64,000 bases of DNA, from assembly GCA_038245295.1 (NCBI GenBank), contig JBBRSP010000028.1:1-64000 (forward strand), read 5' to 3'. The DNA comes from Candidatus Binatia bacterium (lineage in GTDB: Bacteria; Desulfobacterota; Binatia; HRBIN30). Both the position numbers and the translations under genes were made by a program. Below are positions 49,266-59,616 of this stretch, one piece after another. Below the pieces are notes generated by a model, which was given only the letters and a program-made list of their open reading frames with translations, was not told the origin of the DNA and did no database searches. Position 1 is the stretch's first letter. The number at the start of each line of letters is the position of its first letter.

Positions 49266-50030
49266 CTAGCGCAGCCTGCTCGGATCCACTCCCCAGCCTC
49301 GCAGGATGAGCTGTTCGTCGGCGGCGCTGGTTGATTTCTTGAAACGAGCACCGCTGATACCCTTGACGCGTTGCTCACACTCGGCCCACGTGCAGTGACG
49401 CCGCGGTTCACCGCCAACAACACTCAGATACGAATAGGCGGGAGCCTTCGAGGCTCCTTCCGTTCGACCGCCAGATCGTGGCGGAGGCTCTCCTGCCGGT
49501 GCTACACCGGCAGACAGGTCGACAGTGTAATCAGAAAGCGGTCCGCGAAAGAGGTCGATGACCTCGCCCATCGCGAACGCCGAAGCGATCTCATCGACCC
49601 GTTCATTTCCCGGTATTCCGGAGTGGCCGCGCACATGATTCCACTGGATGTTGCCCTTACCGCGGCGGCTGACAAGATCGACCAATTCCTCCCACAAGTC
49701 CCGATTCAGAACGTCGCCCCCGGTCGCCGTCTTCCAGCCACGGCGGCGCCAATTCCACACCCAGGAAGTGATACCTTTGATGACGTAGGTCGAGTCGGAA
49801 TAGATTCGCACCACGCCGGGTTCGTCGCGCACGCAACGCAACGCCTCGATCGGTGCCGTCATCTCCATTTTGTTGTTCGTCGTATAGCCAGCGCTGCCGC
49901 CGAGCTCGATCGCCTGGCCACCGGCAATCGCGACGATCACACCCCAGCCGCCCGGACCGGGATTCCCCTTCGCCGCTCCGTCGGCAAACACGATAATCGA
50001 CGCGTCTTTGGGTACGATGTTGTCCGCCAT
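49266..50030 (-). CDS. rnhA: ribonuclease HI with C-terminal hybrid-binding (Cauli_VI-like) domain
   Basis: DGAAKGNPGPGG, TNNKME, SDSTYV, GHSG..GNERVD; TWAECEQRVKGISGARFKK. Confidence 0.9.
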   Translation of the reverse strand: MADNIVPKDASIIVFADGAAKGNPGPGGWGVIVAIAGGQAIELGGSAGYTTNNKMEMTAPIEALRCVRDEPGVVRIYSDSTYVIKGITSWVWNWRRRGWKTATGGDVLNRDLWEELVDLVSRRGKGNIQWNHVRGHSGIPGNERVDEIASAFAMGEVIDLFRGPLSDYTVDLSAGVAPAGEPPPRSGGRTEGASKAPAYSYLSVVGGEPRRHCTWAECEQRVKGISGARFKKSTSAADEQLILRGWGVDPSRLR

Positions 50031-50032
50031 GG

Positions 50033-51955
50033 TCAGGACCGCTCGCCGTAAAGCTCGGCGTACAGGTCGACGACGAGATTCGTACCGTCGAGGCGAATGT
50101 GACGCGGATTGAAGTCACCGTGGTGTAGCGACAGGACAATTTCCCCCGAAGGAATGTCGGCCGGAGTGGCAAACGCCGCCAGACCGGTCGCGTTCGTACT
50201 CACCTTGGCAAGCTGGTGGTCTTGCTGGCTCAGAACCAGAATCTCGACACCTTCGACGGGTCGCGGGTCATCTGCCAGCCCGCTGTCATGGTCGACCACA
50301 AGGACACGCGCCGTTCGGCCGTCGGCGGCCCGTTCGACACTTACCTCCAAGTCGCGCAACCAGATCATCGGCTCGCCTGTCACCGTCTTCATACCGATCC
50401 GCTCGGGATGGCGCGCCGGGTTGGCGCGCAGCCCGACGTTCTGTGCCGCCATGCCGTGGTCAGCCGTGAAGATGAAGAGAGTTTCATCCAACAGGCCCTT
50501 CACCGCCAGCATGTCGAGGACATAACCCAGCCGCGCGTCGGTCTCCGCCAGCGCCGAGTGCAAGCCGTCGCTGTGGGGTCCATAATTGTGCCCGGCACCA
50601 TCGGTCAGGGCAAACTCGTGCGCCACGAATATGGGCGGGGCATGGGTGTCGTCGTCGAATTGGACGGTAATCTGCGCCAGGCCCCGAGCATCGAGCACCG
50701 CTTCGCGGTGGACGTCCTCGTGGCCGTCTTTGGCGTAGCGTGGATCAATCGACTCGATGAAATCAGCGGTCAGCGCGCGCAAACGATCGCGTGGACCAAT
50801 AATGCGCTGCTCGAGCGCCGCGTGGTGCGCACCACGGCTCTGCGGCTCGTGAATGCTCACCGTGTAGCCGCGGTCGCCGTAGACTCGTCGGAAGGCCTCG
50901 TAGAGGGTCTCGACCCCACTTCCAAGGTAGGACTCCGTCAGCATGCCTTGCCCCTGCGGCGCCAACGGCCGTGCGTTGGCGCGGTCGTAGTAGGTGGGGT
51001 TGACGATATCGTGATGGCCGCACCACGCACCGGTCAAAATCGTACTGTGGCTCGGCCAGGTTATGCTCGGGAAGTTGACGGTCGACCCATACGTGAAGCG
51101 CGCGCTGCGATCGAGAATGCGACGCAGGTTGCGCACCGCCGGATCATCGGCATCGAGGCGTGCTTGCAGCTCGCTGTTGCTGAGACCATCGAACACGATC
51201 AGGTAGGCGAGGCACGGTGCCGATGCACCTGGATCAACAACCTCGTCGAGAACTCGTCCGTCCTGCCGCTTCAAGTAGACATCGGCTGCACCGCCTCGAT
51301 CGCTCGTGAGACGTCCGGAGGCATCGGCGCCATCGATAAGCGGCATGCCCATGAGACGACACACCGTCGGAGCGATATCGACGTGCCGAGGCGCGGTCGC
51401 ATAGGCTCCTGGCCGAATACCTGGCCCGGCGAAGGCCAGCGGCGCCCGCGACTGAACTACATCAAGGGCTCCGTGTTGTCCCGGCTGCAGACCAAATCCG
51501 TAGCACTTGGGACTGACGACCAGGTCCGGCGCATACGGGCTGTCGAAGAGCTGGGCGATTCGTTCGAGGGCATGAGGGTACGAAAGCTGTTGGGGCTCGA
51601 TGAACGCCGTATCGGGAGTGCTCGTCGGGTGGCCCGATTCCGTGGCGGCCCGCACTTCATCGGCACAACTGGCGACGCAGCGGTGATCCTGATTGGCGAT
51701 CGGGTTCTCGCCATGTTGCTCGACGACCGGAAACTCAAGCCCACCATCGTCGCGCAAGCGCCGCTCGAAGCGGATCATGCCGCGGTTGGCCCACACCTCG
51801 TAAGCTCGGCGGCGATACGTGATCACGAGGTCGACATGGTCACGCACGGCCGGATCGCATAACAGGGAGTGAATGGCTCGGTTGCCCGACTCTTCTTGGT
51901 GTTCATCCAATCCTTGACCGCCTGGACGCTCCGGTCCCCAAATCTGTTCCATCAC
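50033..51955 (-). CDS. alkaline phosphatase/NPP superfamily enzyme with permuted motif order
   Basis: GQHG and VDIAPT precede FDG, PSITWPSH, DGAGH, TADHG. Confidence 0.8.
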   Translation of the reverse strand: MMEQIWGPERPGGQGLDEHQEESGNRAIHSLLCDPAVRDHVDLVITYRRRAYEVWANRGMIRFERRLRDDGGLEFPVVEQHGENPIANQDHRCVASCADEVRAATESGHPTSTPDTAFIEPQQLSYPHALERIAQLFDSPYAPDLVVSPKCYGFGLQPGQHGALDVVQSRAPLAFAGPGIRPGAYATAPRHVDIAPTVCRLMGMPLIDGADASGRLTSDRGGAADVYLKRQDGRVLDEVVDPGASAPCLAYLIVFDGLSNSELQARLDADDPAVRNLRRILDRSARFTYGSTVNFPSITWPSHSTILTGAWCGHHDIVNPTYYDRANARPLAPQGQGMLTESYLGSGVETLYEAFRRVYGDRGYTVSIHEPQSRGAHHAALEQRIIGPRDRLRALTADFIESIDPRYAKDGHEDVHREAVLDARGLAQITVQFDDDTHAPPIFVAHEFALTDGAGHNYGPHSDGLHSALAETDARLGYVLDMLAVKGLLDETLFIFTADHGMAAQNVGLRANPARHPERIGMKTVTGEPMIWLRDLEVSVERAADGRTARVLVVDHDSGLADDPRPVEGVEILVLSQQDHQLAKVSTNATGLAAFATPADIPSGEIVLSLHHGDFNPRHIRLDGTNLVVDLYAELYGERS

Positions 51956-52067
51956 AACGAACTCCTATGGTCGCGCTTCATCCCGAGTATTGCCGCCCGA
52001 GTCAACGTCACCCTCTCAACAACAGCGCATAGAAGGGCCCAATTGATTGTGCTACGCACCTCCATCG

Positions 52068-53852
52068 ATGGTGTTTCGCCAACTAAGTTTCCTTTCGTTC
52101 ACGGTAGTAATCGCCGTCTCTTTGGGTGGTTGCGTCAACTTTGGCAAGGCTCGTTCGGGGGCCGACCGGGTACCGTGGTTGATCGAGATGGGTGCTGCCG
52201 ATACCGCGGCGCCAGAACCGTTGCCCGAAGGGGCCACGGCCCTCGGGCATTTTTTACGGGCCCAGGTTGCCATGAACCAGGGCGACCATGCCGCTGCGAC
52301 CCATGAGTATGAGTTAGCTGTGGCTGCCGACCCGGCCAGCGGCTTTCTGCGGCAACGACTCGCCCTCTTGTATGTACGTGACAACAAGCTGACGGAAGCA
52401 CGTGAGCAAATCCAGGCTGCCGTCGATCTGGACCCGGAGGATACTCAATCATCCGTTTTGCTCGCCGGCATCCTGTCGGCCCTCGGCGACGATCAAGGCG
52501 CGGCGGAGCGCTACGAACATGTCCTCGATCTCGACCCGCGCAACCAGGAGGCTCACCTCTTCCTGGGTGCGTTATACGCCAAGGAAGATCAATACGATCG
52601 CGCCATCAGCACGCTGCACCGCCTGACGGCGATCAATCCCCGTTCCTACCTCGGCTACTACTACCTCGGCCGCGTGCACGCGGCGGCTCATCATTACGAT
52701 GAAGCCGAGCTGGCCTACGAAGAGGCGCTGCGCCTCAATCCGCAGAATGAGAGCATCCTGCTTGATCTGGCCGACGTCTACCAGTTGCAGGACAAGTCAC
52801 CGAAGGCCGTCGAAATCTATCAACGCCTGCTGAAGGCCGACCCGAACAGCGCCATCGTCCGCAAGCGTCTGGGAGGCCTCTACGTCGGTCAAAACCGTCT
52901 CGACGATGCCTTGTCGCAGTTCCAGGAACTCGAAAAAGTCGAGACCGACCCCGTCGATACGCGCGTCAAGATCGGCCTGATCTACCTCGACAAGAAAGAA
53001 TACGAGAAGGCGGCCACGGAGTTCAGCCTCGTGCTCGCCGGTGACCCGCAGAATGATCGCGTCCGCTATTACCTGGCCGCCGTTTACGCCGAACAGAACG
53101 ACATCGATCGGGCCGTTGCCGAGATGGAGAAGATCGGGCCCGATTCGGAAGCCTACGGCGATGCGCGCGCCCAACTCGGGTTCTTGTTGAAACGTCAGGG
53201 CAAGCTCCCCGCGGCGATCGAGTCGATCGAGGCCGCCGTGGCGTCGCAGCCGAACAACGTCGATCTCGCCATGTTGCTGACGTCGATGTATCGCGAGAAC
53301 GGTCAAGGCGACAAAGCCATCGCCCTGGCCAAAAAACTGGTAGAGAAGGACCCCGACAACGATCGGCTCCACTTCACACTCGGCGGGCTGTACGACGAAG
53401 CCAAGGACAAAACGGCCTGTGTTGCCGAAATGCGTAAGGCGATCGAGCTCAACCCAAATAACGCGCCCGCCCTGAACTACCTGGGATATACCTACGCCGA
53501 GAAGGGTGAGAACCTCGACGAAGCGGAGGACCTGATCCGTCGCGCCCTCGTCATCGAGCCGCGCGATGGCTTCTACGTCGACAGCCTCGGCTGGGTTTAT
53601 TTCCAGCGCGGCGACTACCCGAAGGCAATCGAACACCTGCAGCGTGCACTCGAGTTGGCCGGCGAAGATCCGACCGTCTCCGAACACCTGGCCGATGCCT
53701 ATCAACGCGTCGGTCGCTCGGGCGACGCACTCAACCTCTACCTGGATGCGTTCAAACGATGCAAAGAACAGCAGCAGCTCGACCGCTTGCGTAAGAAAAT
53801 CGAAGCCCTCGGCGGCGTGCCTCAGCCAGGTGAGCCGGGGAAGGACTCCTAG
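52068..53852 (+). CDS. TPR-repeat lipoprotein
   Basis: LGGC lipobox; many TPRs; ALNYLGY, DSLGW. Confidence 0.9.
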   Translation: MVFRQLSFLSFTVVIAVSLGGCVNFGKARSGADRVPWLIEMGAADTAAPEPLPEGATALGHFLRAQVAMNQGDHAAATHEYELAVAADPASGFLRQRLALLYVRDNKLTEAREQIQAAVDLDPEDTQSSVLLAGILSALGDDQGAAERYEHVLDLDPRNQEAHLFLGALYAKEDQYDRAISTLHRLTAINPRSYLGYYYLGRVHAAAHHYDEAELAYEEALRLNPQNESILLDLADVYQLQDKSPKAVEIYQRLLKADPNSAIVRKRLGGLYVGQNRLDDALSQFQELEKVETDPVDTRVKIGLIYLDKKEYEKAATEFSLVLAGDPQNDRVRYYLAAVYAEQNDIDRAVAEMEKIGPDSEAYGDARAQLGFLLKRQGKLPAAIESIEAAVASQPNNVDLAMLLTSMYRENGQGDKAIALAKKLVEKDPDNDRLHFTLGGLYDEAKDKTACVAEMRKAIELNPNNAPALNYLGYTYAEKGENLDEAEDLIRRALVIEPRDGFYVDSLGWVYFQRGDYPKAIEHLQRALELAGEDPTVSEHLADAYQRVGRSGDALNLYLDAFKRCKEQQQLDRLRKKIEALGGVPQPGEPGKDS

Positions 53853-54652
53853 TGCGACGTGCGACGCGCACCAACGCGTTGTGCTTGGTCGCCTTGACGT
53901 GGTTGGCCGGTTGCGCCCTTCCCGTTCGTTCTCCGAAAGTCGATGCCGGCGACTTACCAAGGCCCAGTGATGTCCAAGCCGCGCTGAGCACACGTCGCCA
54001 GGCGCTCAACGGCCTGCGGACCCTGGCCCGCTTGCGCTTCACGGATCGTGACGGCTCGCAGAGTGCGCGCCAGGCCCTCATCGTCGAACGACCCTCCAGC
54101 CTGCGCCTCGAGATTCTCTCCTTGGTGGGTCCGGTCTTTTTGTTCGCCACCAACGGTGAATCGTTGACGGCGCTAGAGCCATCGGAAGCCAAATTCTATC
54201 GCGGGCGCGCCACCGCCGCGAACCTGTTGCGCTATGGCCACGTTCCGGTGCCACTCGACGAACTCGTCGACGTACTTCTCGCCACACCGTCGATCCCGCC
54301 GAACGCAGACCTACGCGTCGCCGCAAACGACAGTGGAATCGGCGCCACCATCGAGGCAACAAGCGCGAATTCCGACCTGCGTCTCTCCTGGGCCGCCCCT
54401 CACGGCCTGATAGCCGCCGAACGCCGCGACGCTGACGGCGAGGTGCTGTGGCAGGCGACCTACGGCGACTATACCGTGATCGACAACCTGGCGATTGCCG
54501 CGGCCATCGCCTTGGAGATTCCCACGACCGGGCAACGACTGGAGCTCAACTTTCGCGATCCAGAAGTGAATCCGACTCTTGACCCGGGTTTGTTCGCCCT
54601 GCAAATCCCCCCGAATACTATGATCGTCGATTTGGATGCGGAGCCGATGTGA
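53852..54652 (+). CDS. LolB-like/DUF4292 lipoprotein
   Basis: LAGC lipobox; RPSSLRLEIL; coupled to the TPR gene. Confidence 0.65.
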   Translation: MRRATRTNALCLVALTWLAGCALPVRSPKVDAGDLPRPSDVQAALSTRRQALNGLRTLARLRFTDRDGSQSARQALIVERPSSLRLEILSLVGPVFLFATNGESLTALEPSEAKFYRGRATAANLLRYGHVPVPLDELVDVLLATPSIPPNADLRVAANDSGIGATIEATSANSDLRLSWAAPHGLIAAERRDADGEVLWQATYGDYTVIDNLAIAAAIALEIPTTGQRLELNFRDPEVNPTLDPGLFALQIPPNTMIVDLDAEPM

Positions 54653-56370
54653 TGCGTCGCTTGTTTTCGACCCTTTTGCTCGTCCTGGTGTTTTCGGCGT
54701 GCAACCGGTCGCCCGAATCGGCCTTGAGCAGCAACGTCACGGCCAAGAAGCCGGCGGCGTCGCCGCATCCGCCGCGTTTGGTAACCGGCACCATCTCGGA
54801 TCCGAAGACCTTCAACGCGCTGACGGCGGTGGACATGTCGTCGAGCACCGCGATGTCGCCCATCCTCGAAGGCCTGGTGCGCACCGACGTGTTGACGCTC
54901 GAGAACGAGCCGATGCTCGCGGCGAGTTGGGAACACAATGGCGACGGTACGGTTTGGACCTTCCATCTGCGCCACAACGTCAAATGGCACGACGGCCAGC
55001 CGTTCACCGCGAAGGACGTCCTGTTCACCTTCGATGCGATTTATGACGACAAGGTCGCCAACAGCATCAAGCACATCCTGACGATTGATGGGCAACGCAT
55101 CAAAGCCGACGCGCCGGACGAGTACACGGTGCGCCTGACGCTGCCGCGACCATTCGCACCACTGCTGAATTCGATGTCGTTCGACATCTTCCCGGCACAC
55201 CTGCTCGCCGACTCTCTGAAAAAGGGGACCTTCTCGCAAGAGTGGGGTATCGATACCCCACCCGAGAAGCTGGTCGGCACGGGCGCTTACACCATGTCAC
55301 GCTATGTGCCGGCACAATTCATCGAGTACCAACGCAACCCCAACTATTGGATGAAGGACGAGGCGGGTGCCGCAATACCCTACCTCGAGGGTCAGACCCA
55401 GCTGATCGTCTCGGATCTCAACACGCTCTACTTGAAATTTCTCGGTGGCCAAACCGATCTGCACGCCGCCCGCCCCGAGGACGTCGCCGACCTGCGTCGG
55501 CGCACCGATGAGTTGGCCATTCGCGTCGAGGAGGTTGGCCTCGATACGGGCTCGACATTCATCGCGTTCAATCGCAATCCAAGCCACTACCTGAAAGACG
55601 GCAAACAGGATCCGCGACTCGGCTGGTTTACCGACATCCGCTTCCTGCGCGCCCTGGCTCACGCCGTCGACAAGCAGGCGATGGTCGTCAATTGCCTCAA
55701 CGGTTACGGCAAGCCGGGAGTGGGTGAGATCTCTCCCGAGAACAAGCTGTACCACAACCCCGACCTCGTCGATTACGAGTACGACCTGAACAACGCCAAG
55801 CAGATCCTGGACGACGCTGGGTACAAGGATCGCGACGGCGATGGGACCCGCGAAGACGAGAAGGGCAATCCGATCGAGTTTTCGCTGACCACAAACGCCG
55901 GCAACGACATCCGCGAGAAGATGTGCTCGATCCTCAAGGAAGACTGGACCAAGCTTGGTCTCAAGGTGAACTTCCGCCCGCTGGATTTCCAGGCTCTGGT
56001 CGAGCGCCTGTACACGACCTACGAGTGGGACGCCGTGCTGATCGGATTCACCGGCACGATCGAGCCCAACAGCAGTGCCAACTTCCTGCGTTCGAACGGC
56101 AACCTGCATTTCTGGCAACCGAATCAACCCGAGCCGGCAACCCCGTGGGAAGCGGAGATTGATCGTCTCCTGGATCAGGGATCGCGCGAGATCGACACAG
56201 AGAAGCGACGGCCGCTCTATTGGCGCATCCAACAACTTCTGCACGAACAGCTGCCGATCATTCAGACCGTGCGTCAGACCAACTTCCGCGCTTCGCGCCT
56301 GGCGGTGAAGAACTACAAGCCGACAGTGTGGGGTACGTACCGCGAAGAGCTGATTCGCATCGCCGAGTAG
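54649..56370 (+). CDS. peptide/nickel ABC transporter substrate-binding lipoprotein
   Basis: DPKTFN, LAASWE, FHLR..VKWHDG.PFTAKDV.FT, RNPNYW. Confidence 0.92.
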   Translation: MMRRLFSTLLLVLVFSACNRSPESALSSNVTAKKPAASPHPPRLVTGTISDPKTFNALTAVDMSSSTAMSPILEGLVRTDVLTLENEPMLAASWEHNGDGTVWTFHLRHNVKWHDGQPFTAKDVLFTFDAIYDDKVANSIKHILTIDGQRIKADAPDEYTVRLTLPRPFAPLLNSMSFDIFPAHLLADSLKKGTFSQEWGIDTPPEKLVGTGAYTMSRYVPAQFIEYQRNPNYWMKDEAGAAIPYLEGQTQLIVSDLNTLYLKFLGGQTDLHAARPEDVADLRRRTDELAIRVEEVGLDTGSTFIAFNRNPSHYLKDGKQDPRLGWFTDIRFLRALAHAVDKQAMVVNCLNGYGKPGVGEISPENKLYHNPDLVDYEYDLNNAKQILDDAGYKDRDGDGTREDEKGNPIEFSLTTNAGNDIREKMCSILKEDWTKLGLKVNFRPLDFQALVERLYTTYEWDAVLIGFTGTIEPNSSANFLRSNGNLHFWQPNQPEPATPWEAEIDRLLDQGSREIDTEKRRPLYWRIQQLLHEQLPIIQTVRQTNFRASRLAVKNYKPTVWGTYREELIRIAE

Positions 56371-56386
56371 ATCCGGGCACGTCGCG

Positions 56387-57370
56387 ATGCTGGCCTATCT
56401 GCTGCGTAGGTTGCTGCACATGATCCCGCTTTTGCTCGGGATCACGTTCCTGTCGTTCCTCATCATCGGCCTGTCGCCGGGGGATTACTTCAGCGAGCTG
56501 CGCATGAATCCATCGTTCTCTCCCGACCTGATTCGCGAGATGGAAGCACAGTTTGGCTACGGCGAGCCGCTCGTCGTTCGTTACTTCAAATGGCTGTGGC
56601 GCGTCGTCCACCTGGATCTCGGAATGTCGGTGGCCTACCGCGTCGGCGTGCTCGATCTCATTCGCATGCGCGCCGTCAACACCGTCATCCTGGCGCTCTC
56701 CAGCATGCTCACCACCTGGGTTCTCGCGATCCCGATGGGCATCATCGTCGCCCTGCGCGTGAACTCCTGGCTCGACCGCACCCTGTCCTTCGCCGCCTTC
56801 TTCGGCATGTCGCTGCCGAGTTTCTTCTTTGCTTTCTTACTGATGTATTTTGCCCTCTACACCGGCTGGTTCCCCGTCGGCGGTAGCATGTCGATCGACT
56901 ACGACAGCCTGTCGATTTGGGGGAAGATCGTCGACCGCGCTCAGCACCTGGTGTTGCCGACTATCGTGCTCGGCATGGGCGGCCTGGCCGGGCTGATGCG
57001 TCTCATGCGCGCCAACATTCTCGACCTCAAAGAATCGGATTTCGTGCGCACGGCACGCGCCAAGGGTCTGCCAGAGCACATCGTCATCGGCCGCCACCTG
57101 CTACGCAACGCCCTCAACCCGTTCGTGACACTGGCCGGCGCCGAGCTTGGCGAGTTGCTCGGCGGCGCGGCTCTGGTCGAAGCCGTGATGAATTTGCAGG
57201 GCCTTGGCACGTTGATGCTGGACGCGGTGCGCTCGGTGGACACCTATTTAGTCATGGGCTCCGTGCTGATCGGTTCGCTGCTGTTGCTCATCGGCAATCT
57301 GCTCGCCGATCTAGCGCTCACCTTGGTCGATCCACGCATCGATTTCACCCGTCTGGAGACCGATCGGTGA
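56387..57370 (+). CDS. peptide ABC transporter permease (DppB-like)
   Basis: YLLRRL, DLGMS, RTARAKGL, HLLRNA. Confidence 0.92.
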   Translation: MLAYLLRRLLHMIPLLLGITFLSFLIIGLSPGDYFSELRMNPSFSPDLIREMEAQFGYGEPLVVRYFKWLWRVVHLDLGMSVAYRVGVLDLIRMRAVNTVILALSSMLTTWVLAIPMGIIVALRVNSWLDRTLSFAAFFGMSLPSFFFAFLLMYFALYTGWFPVGGSMSIDYDSLSIWGKIVDRAQHLVLPTIVLGMGGLAGLMRLMRANILDLKESDFVRTARAKGLPEHIVIGRHLLRNALNPFVTLAGAELGELLGGAALVEAVMNLQGLGTLMLDAVRSVDTYLVMGSVLIGSLLLLIGNLLADLALTLVDPRIDFTRLETDR

Positions 57371-58377
57371 GCCAGAGGCGCCCCGGTTTCGTCGTCTGGT
57401 TGAGCATCGCGCTGCTGCTGATCTTCTATGTCGCCGCCATCGCCGCGCCCTTTGTCGCACCCTACGATTACACCGAACAGAACCGTGCCTTTCCGCAATG
57501 TCCGCCAGCCCGCTGGCACATGAATCCACCATCGGCCTGGGGCGAGTCGGTCTTCTATGCCCACCCGTCGGAGCTGAGGGATCCGGTGACGCGCACGTAC
57601 GCCGAACGCCTCGACGACCGCGTCCCGATCAAATTCTTCGCCTACGGTCATCTCTTCACCACGCCCCCGCAAGCACCGCGAATCTTCGTGTTCGGCACCG
57701 ACGCTTTGGGACGCGATCTGTTTTCACGCATCGTCTTCGGGGCGCGCGTCAGCTTGTCGATCGGCATCGTCGGGGTCGTGCTCAGCTTCACCATTGGCAT
57801 CATCGTCGGCAGCATCGCCGGCTATATGGGTGGCTGGATCGACAACATCCTCATGCGCATCGTCGAGGTCGTGATGTCGCTGCCGTCGTTCTATCTACTG
57901 CTCGCTCTTGCCTCGCTGATCCCCGACAGCCTATCGCCCGGCACCACGCTGCTGCTGATCGTCGCCTTGATGAGTGCCATTCGCTGGGCCGGGTTCGCAC
58001 GTATTGTGCGTGGACTGACGGCTTCGCTGCGCGAGCGCGAGTACGTCGCCGCCGCGCGTGCCCTTGGTGCCCCCCGTTGGCGTATCCTCCTGCGCCACAT
58101 TATTCCCGGCACGTTCAGCTACACCATCACCGCCGCGACCCTAGCAATCCCGGGTTTCATTCTCGGGGAGAGCGCCCTGTCCCTGCTCGGTCTCGGCATC
58201 CAGGAACCCGGTGCCAGCTGGGGTAATCTGCTTACGTCAGCCCGCAACGTGCAAACCCTCGCCAATTATCCATGGTTCCTCGCGCCCGGTGTCTTCATCT
58301 TCCTGACCATCATGTCCTTCAACTTCCTCGGCGACTATTTGCGCGACCGCTACGATCCGCGCGCCACGAGGATGTGA
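57367..58377 (+). CDS. peptide ABC transporter permease (DppC-like)
   Basis: GTDALGRDLFSR, EYVAAARALG, SWG; GTG overlaps upstream TGA. Confidence 0.92.
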   Translation: MSQRRPGFVVWLSIALLLIFYVAAIAAPFVAPYDYTEQNRAFPQCPPARWHMNPPSAWGESVFYAHPSELRDPVTRTYAERLDDRVPIKFFAYGHLFTTPPQAPRIFVFGTDALGRDLFSRIVFGARVSLSIGIVGVVLSFTIGIIVGSIAGYMGGWIDNILMRIVEVVMSLPSFYLLLALASLIPDSLSPGTTLLLIVALMSAIRWAGFARIVRGLTASLREREYVAAARALGAPRWRILLRHIIPGTFSYTITAATLAIPGFILGESALSLLGLGIQEPGASWGNLLTSARNVQTLANYPWFLAPGVFIFLTIMSFNFLGDYLRDRYDPRATRM

Positions 58378-58497
58378 CAGGGTTACACCCGAGCTCCGCA
58401 GGGCGCCATTGCTTCCGCTCGCCATTTGCTCGCCGACGGCGGCCCGTGGTAGGCGCGCGATACGTTTGAACAGTTCGCACCACGAGGAGGGGTTCCG

Positions 58498-59616
58498 ATG
58501 CTCGGATCGATGCAGCGGTTCTGGCGCGTCGTCGTCGCTATCATCGCGGTGTTCGGACTCGTCGGTTGCGGCGACGACGGAGAACACCAGACCCAGGCCG
58601 CCTCGCACGTGCTATTCAGCACCGAAGGCGAACACCTCAACGCCTATGACCTCGATGACCATGACCGCAAACAGGCGATTGTCACCGGCGGCGAAGACGA
58701 ACACGCCGGCGGCTTGTCTCTCAACGGTCAGATCTGCTTCGACCCGACCAATCCGCACCATTTGCTGACAGCCGACGATGCCGGCCAACCGGAGAGCTCG
58801 CCCGGCTGGGTGATCTTGCAGCTCGACGGGGACCGCGTCGGCGAATACTCTGCGAGCCGCTTCGCTCGCCTTGTGCCGACGTATCAGCAATCGCCGGACA
58901 ATCTCGGTTGTGGCTTCTTGAAAGACGGCCGCGCCCTCACCGTCGACATCGGTAGCAATGCCTCCGGCCCGCCGACCGGACAACTTGTCGTCTGGTTCCC
59001 GCCGTTCAATGTGGCGCAGCCGCGCTACTGCAAGCTCGACATCGCCATCGGCACGGCCGGCGGGGTGTACGTCGATGAGCAAGAACGCATCTACGTCGCC
59101 AGTGCACGCGAGGAGCCGGGCATCTACCGCTACAGCGGTCCGTTCCCGACGTCCGACACCGCGGCCGGCGGCTGCGGTGGCCACGACAGTACCGGCGCCG
59201 CGATGGTCGAGCACCTCGCACGCGAGCAATTCATCAGGGCCGATTCGCATGCAACGACACCGAACGGCATCGTGCCGTCGGGTCACGGAACGTTCTACGT
59301 GCCGAGTGTCTTCAACGGCGTCATCGCCGAGTACGATGCCAACGGCGTCTTCGCGCGGGTGATTCTCAAACCGGCGGCGGGCGATAAGCCCGTGCCCTAC
59401 AAGACGGGATCGCCGCTCGGACTGCGCGTCGATCGCGACGGGACTCTTTATTACGCCGACCTCGGCCTGGTGGTGAACGGTCTCGACATTGGCCCCGGGC
59501 GTGGCAAGGGCACGGTTCGCCGCATCTCGTTCGTCGGTGGAGAAGCACAGCCCCCCGTCAGCCTTGACCAAGGTCTGAACTTCCCCGATGGACTCGGCCT
59601 ACTGGAGCAACGATGA
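58498..59616 (+). CDS. beta-propeller (SMP-30/NHL-like) lipoprotein
   Basis: LVGC lipobox; PNGI, PLGL, FPDGLG blade motifs. Confidence 0.7.
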   Translation: MLGSMQRFWRVVVAIIAVFGLVGCGDDGEHQTQAASHVLFSTEGEHLNAYDLDDHDRKQAIVTGGEDEHAGGLSLNGQICFDPTNPHHLLTADDAGQPESSPGWVILQLDGDRVGEYSASRFARLVPTYQQSPDNLGCGFLKDGRALTVDIGSNASGPPTGQLVVWFPPFNVAQPRYCKLDIAIGTAGGVYVDEQERIYVASAREEPGIYRYSGPFPTSDTAAGGCGGHDSTGAAMVEHLAREQFIRADSHATTPNGIVPSGHGTFYVPSVFNGVIAEYDANGVFARVILKPAAGDKPVPYKTGSPLGLRVDRDGTLYYADLGLVVNGLDIGPGRGKGTVRRISFVGGEAQPPVSLDQGLNFPDGLGLLEQR

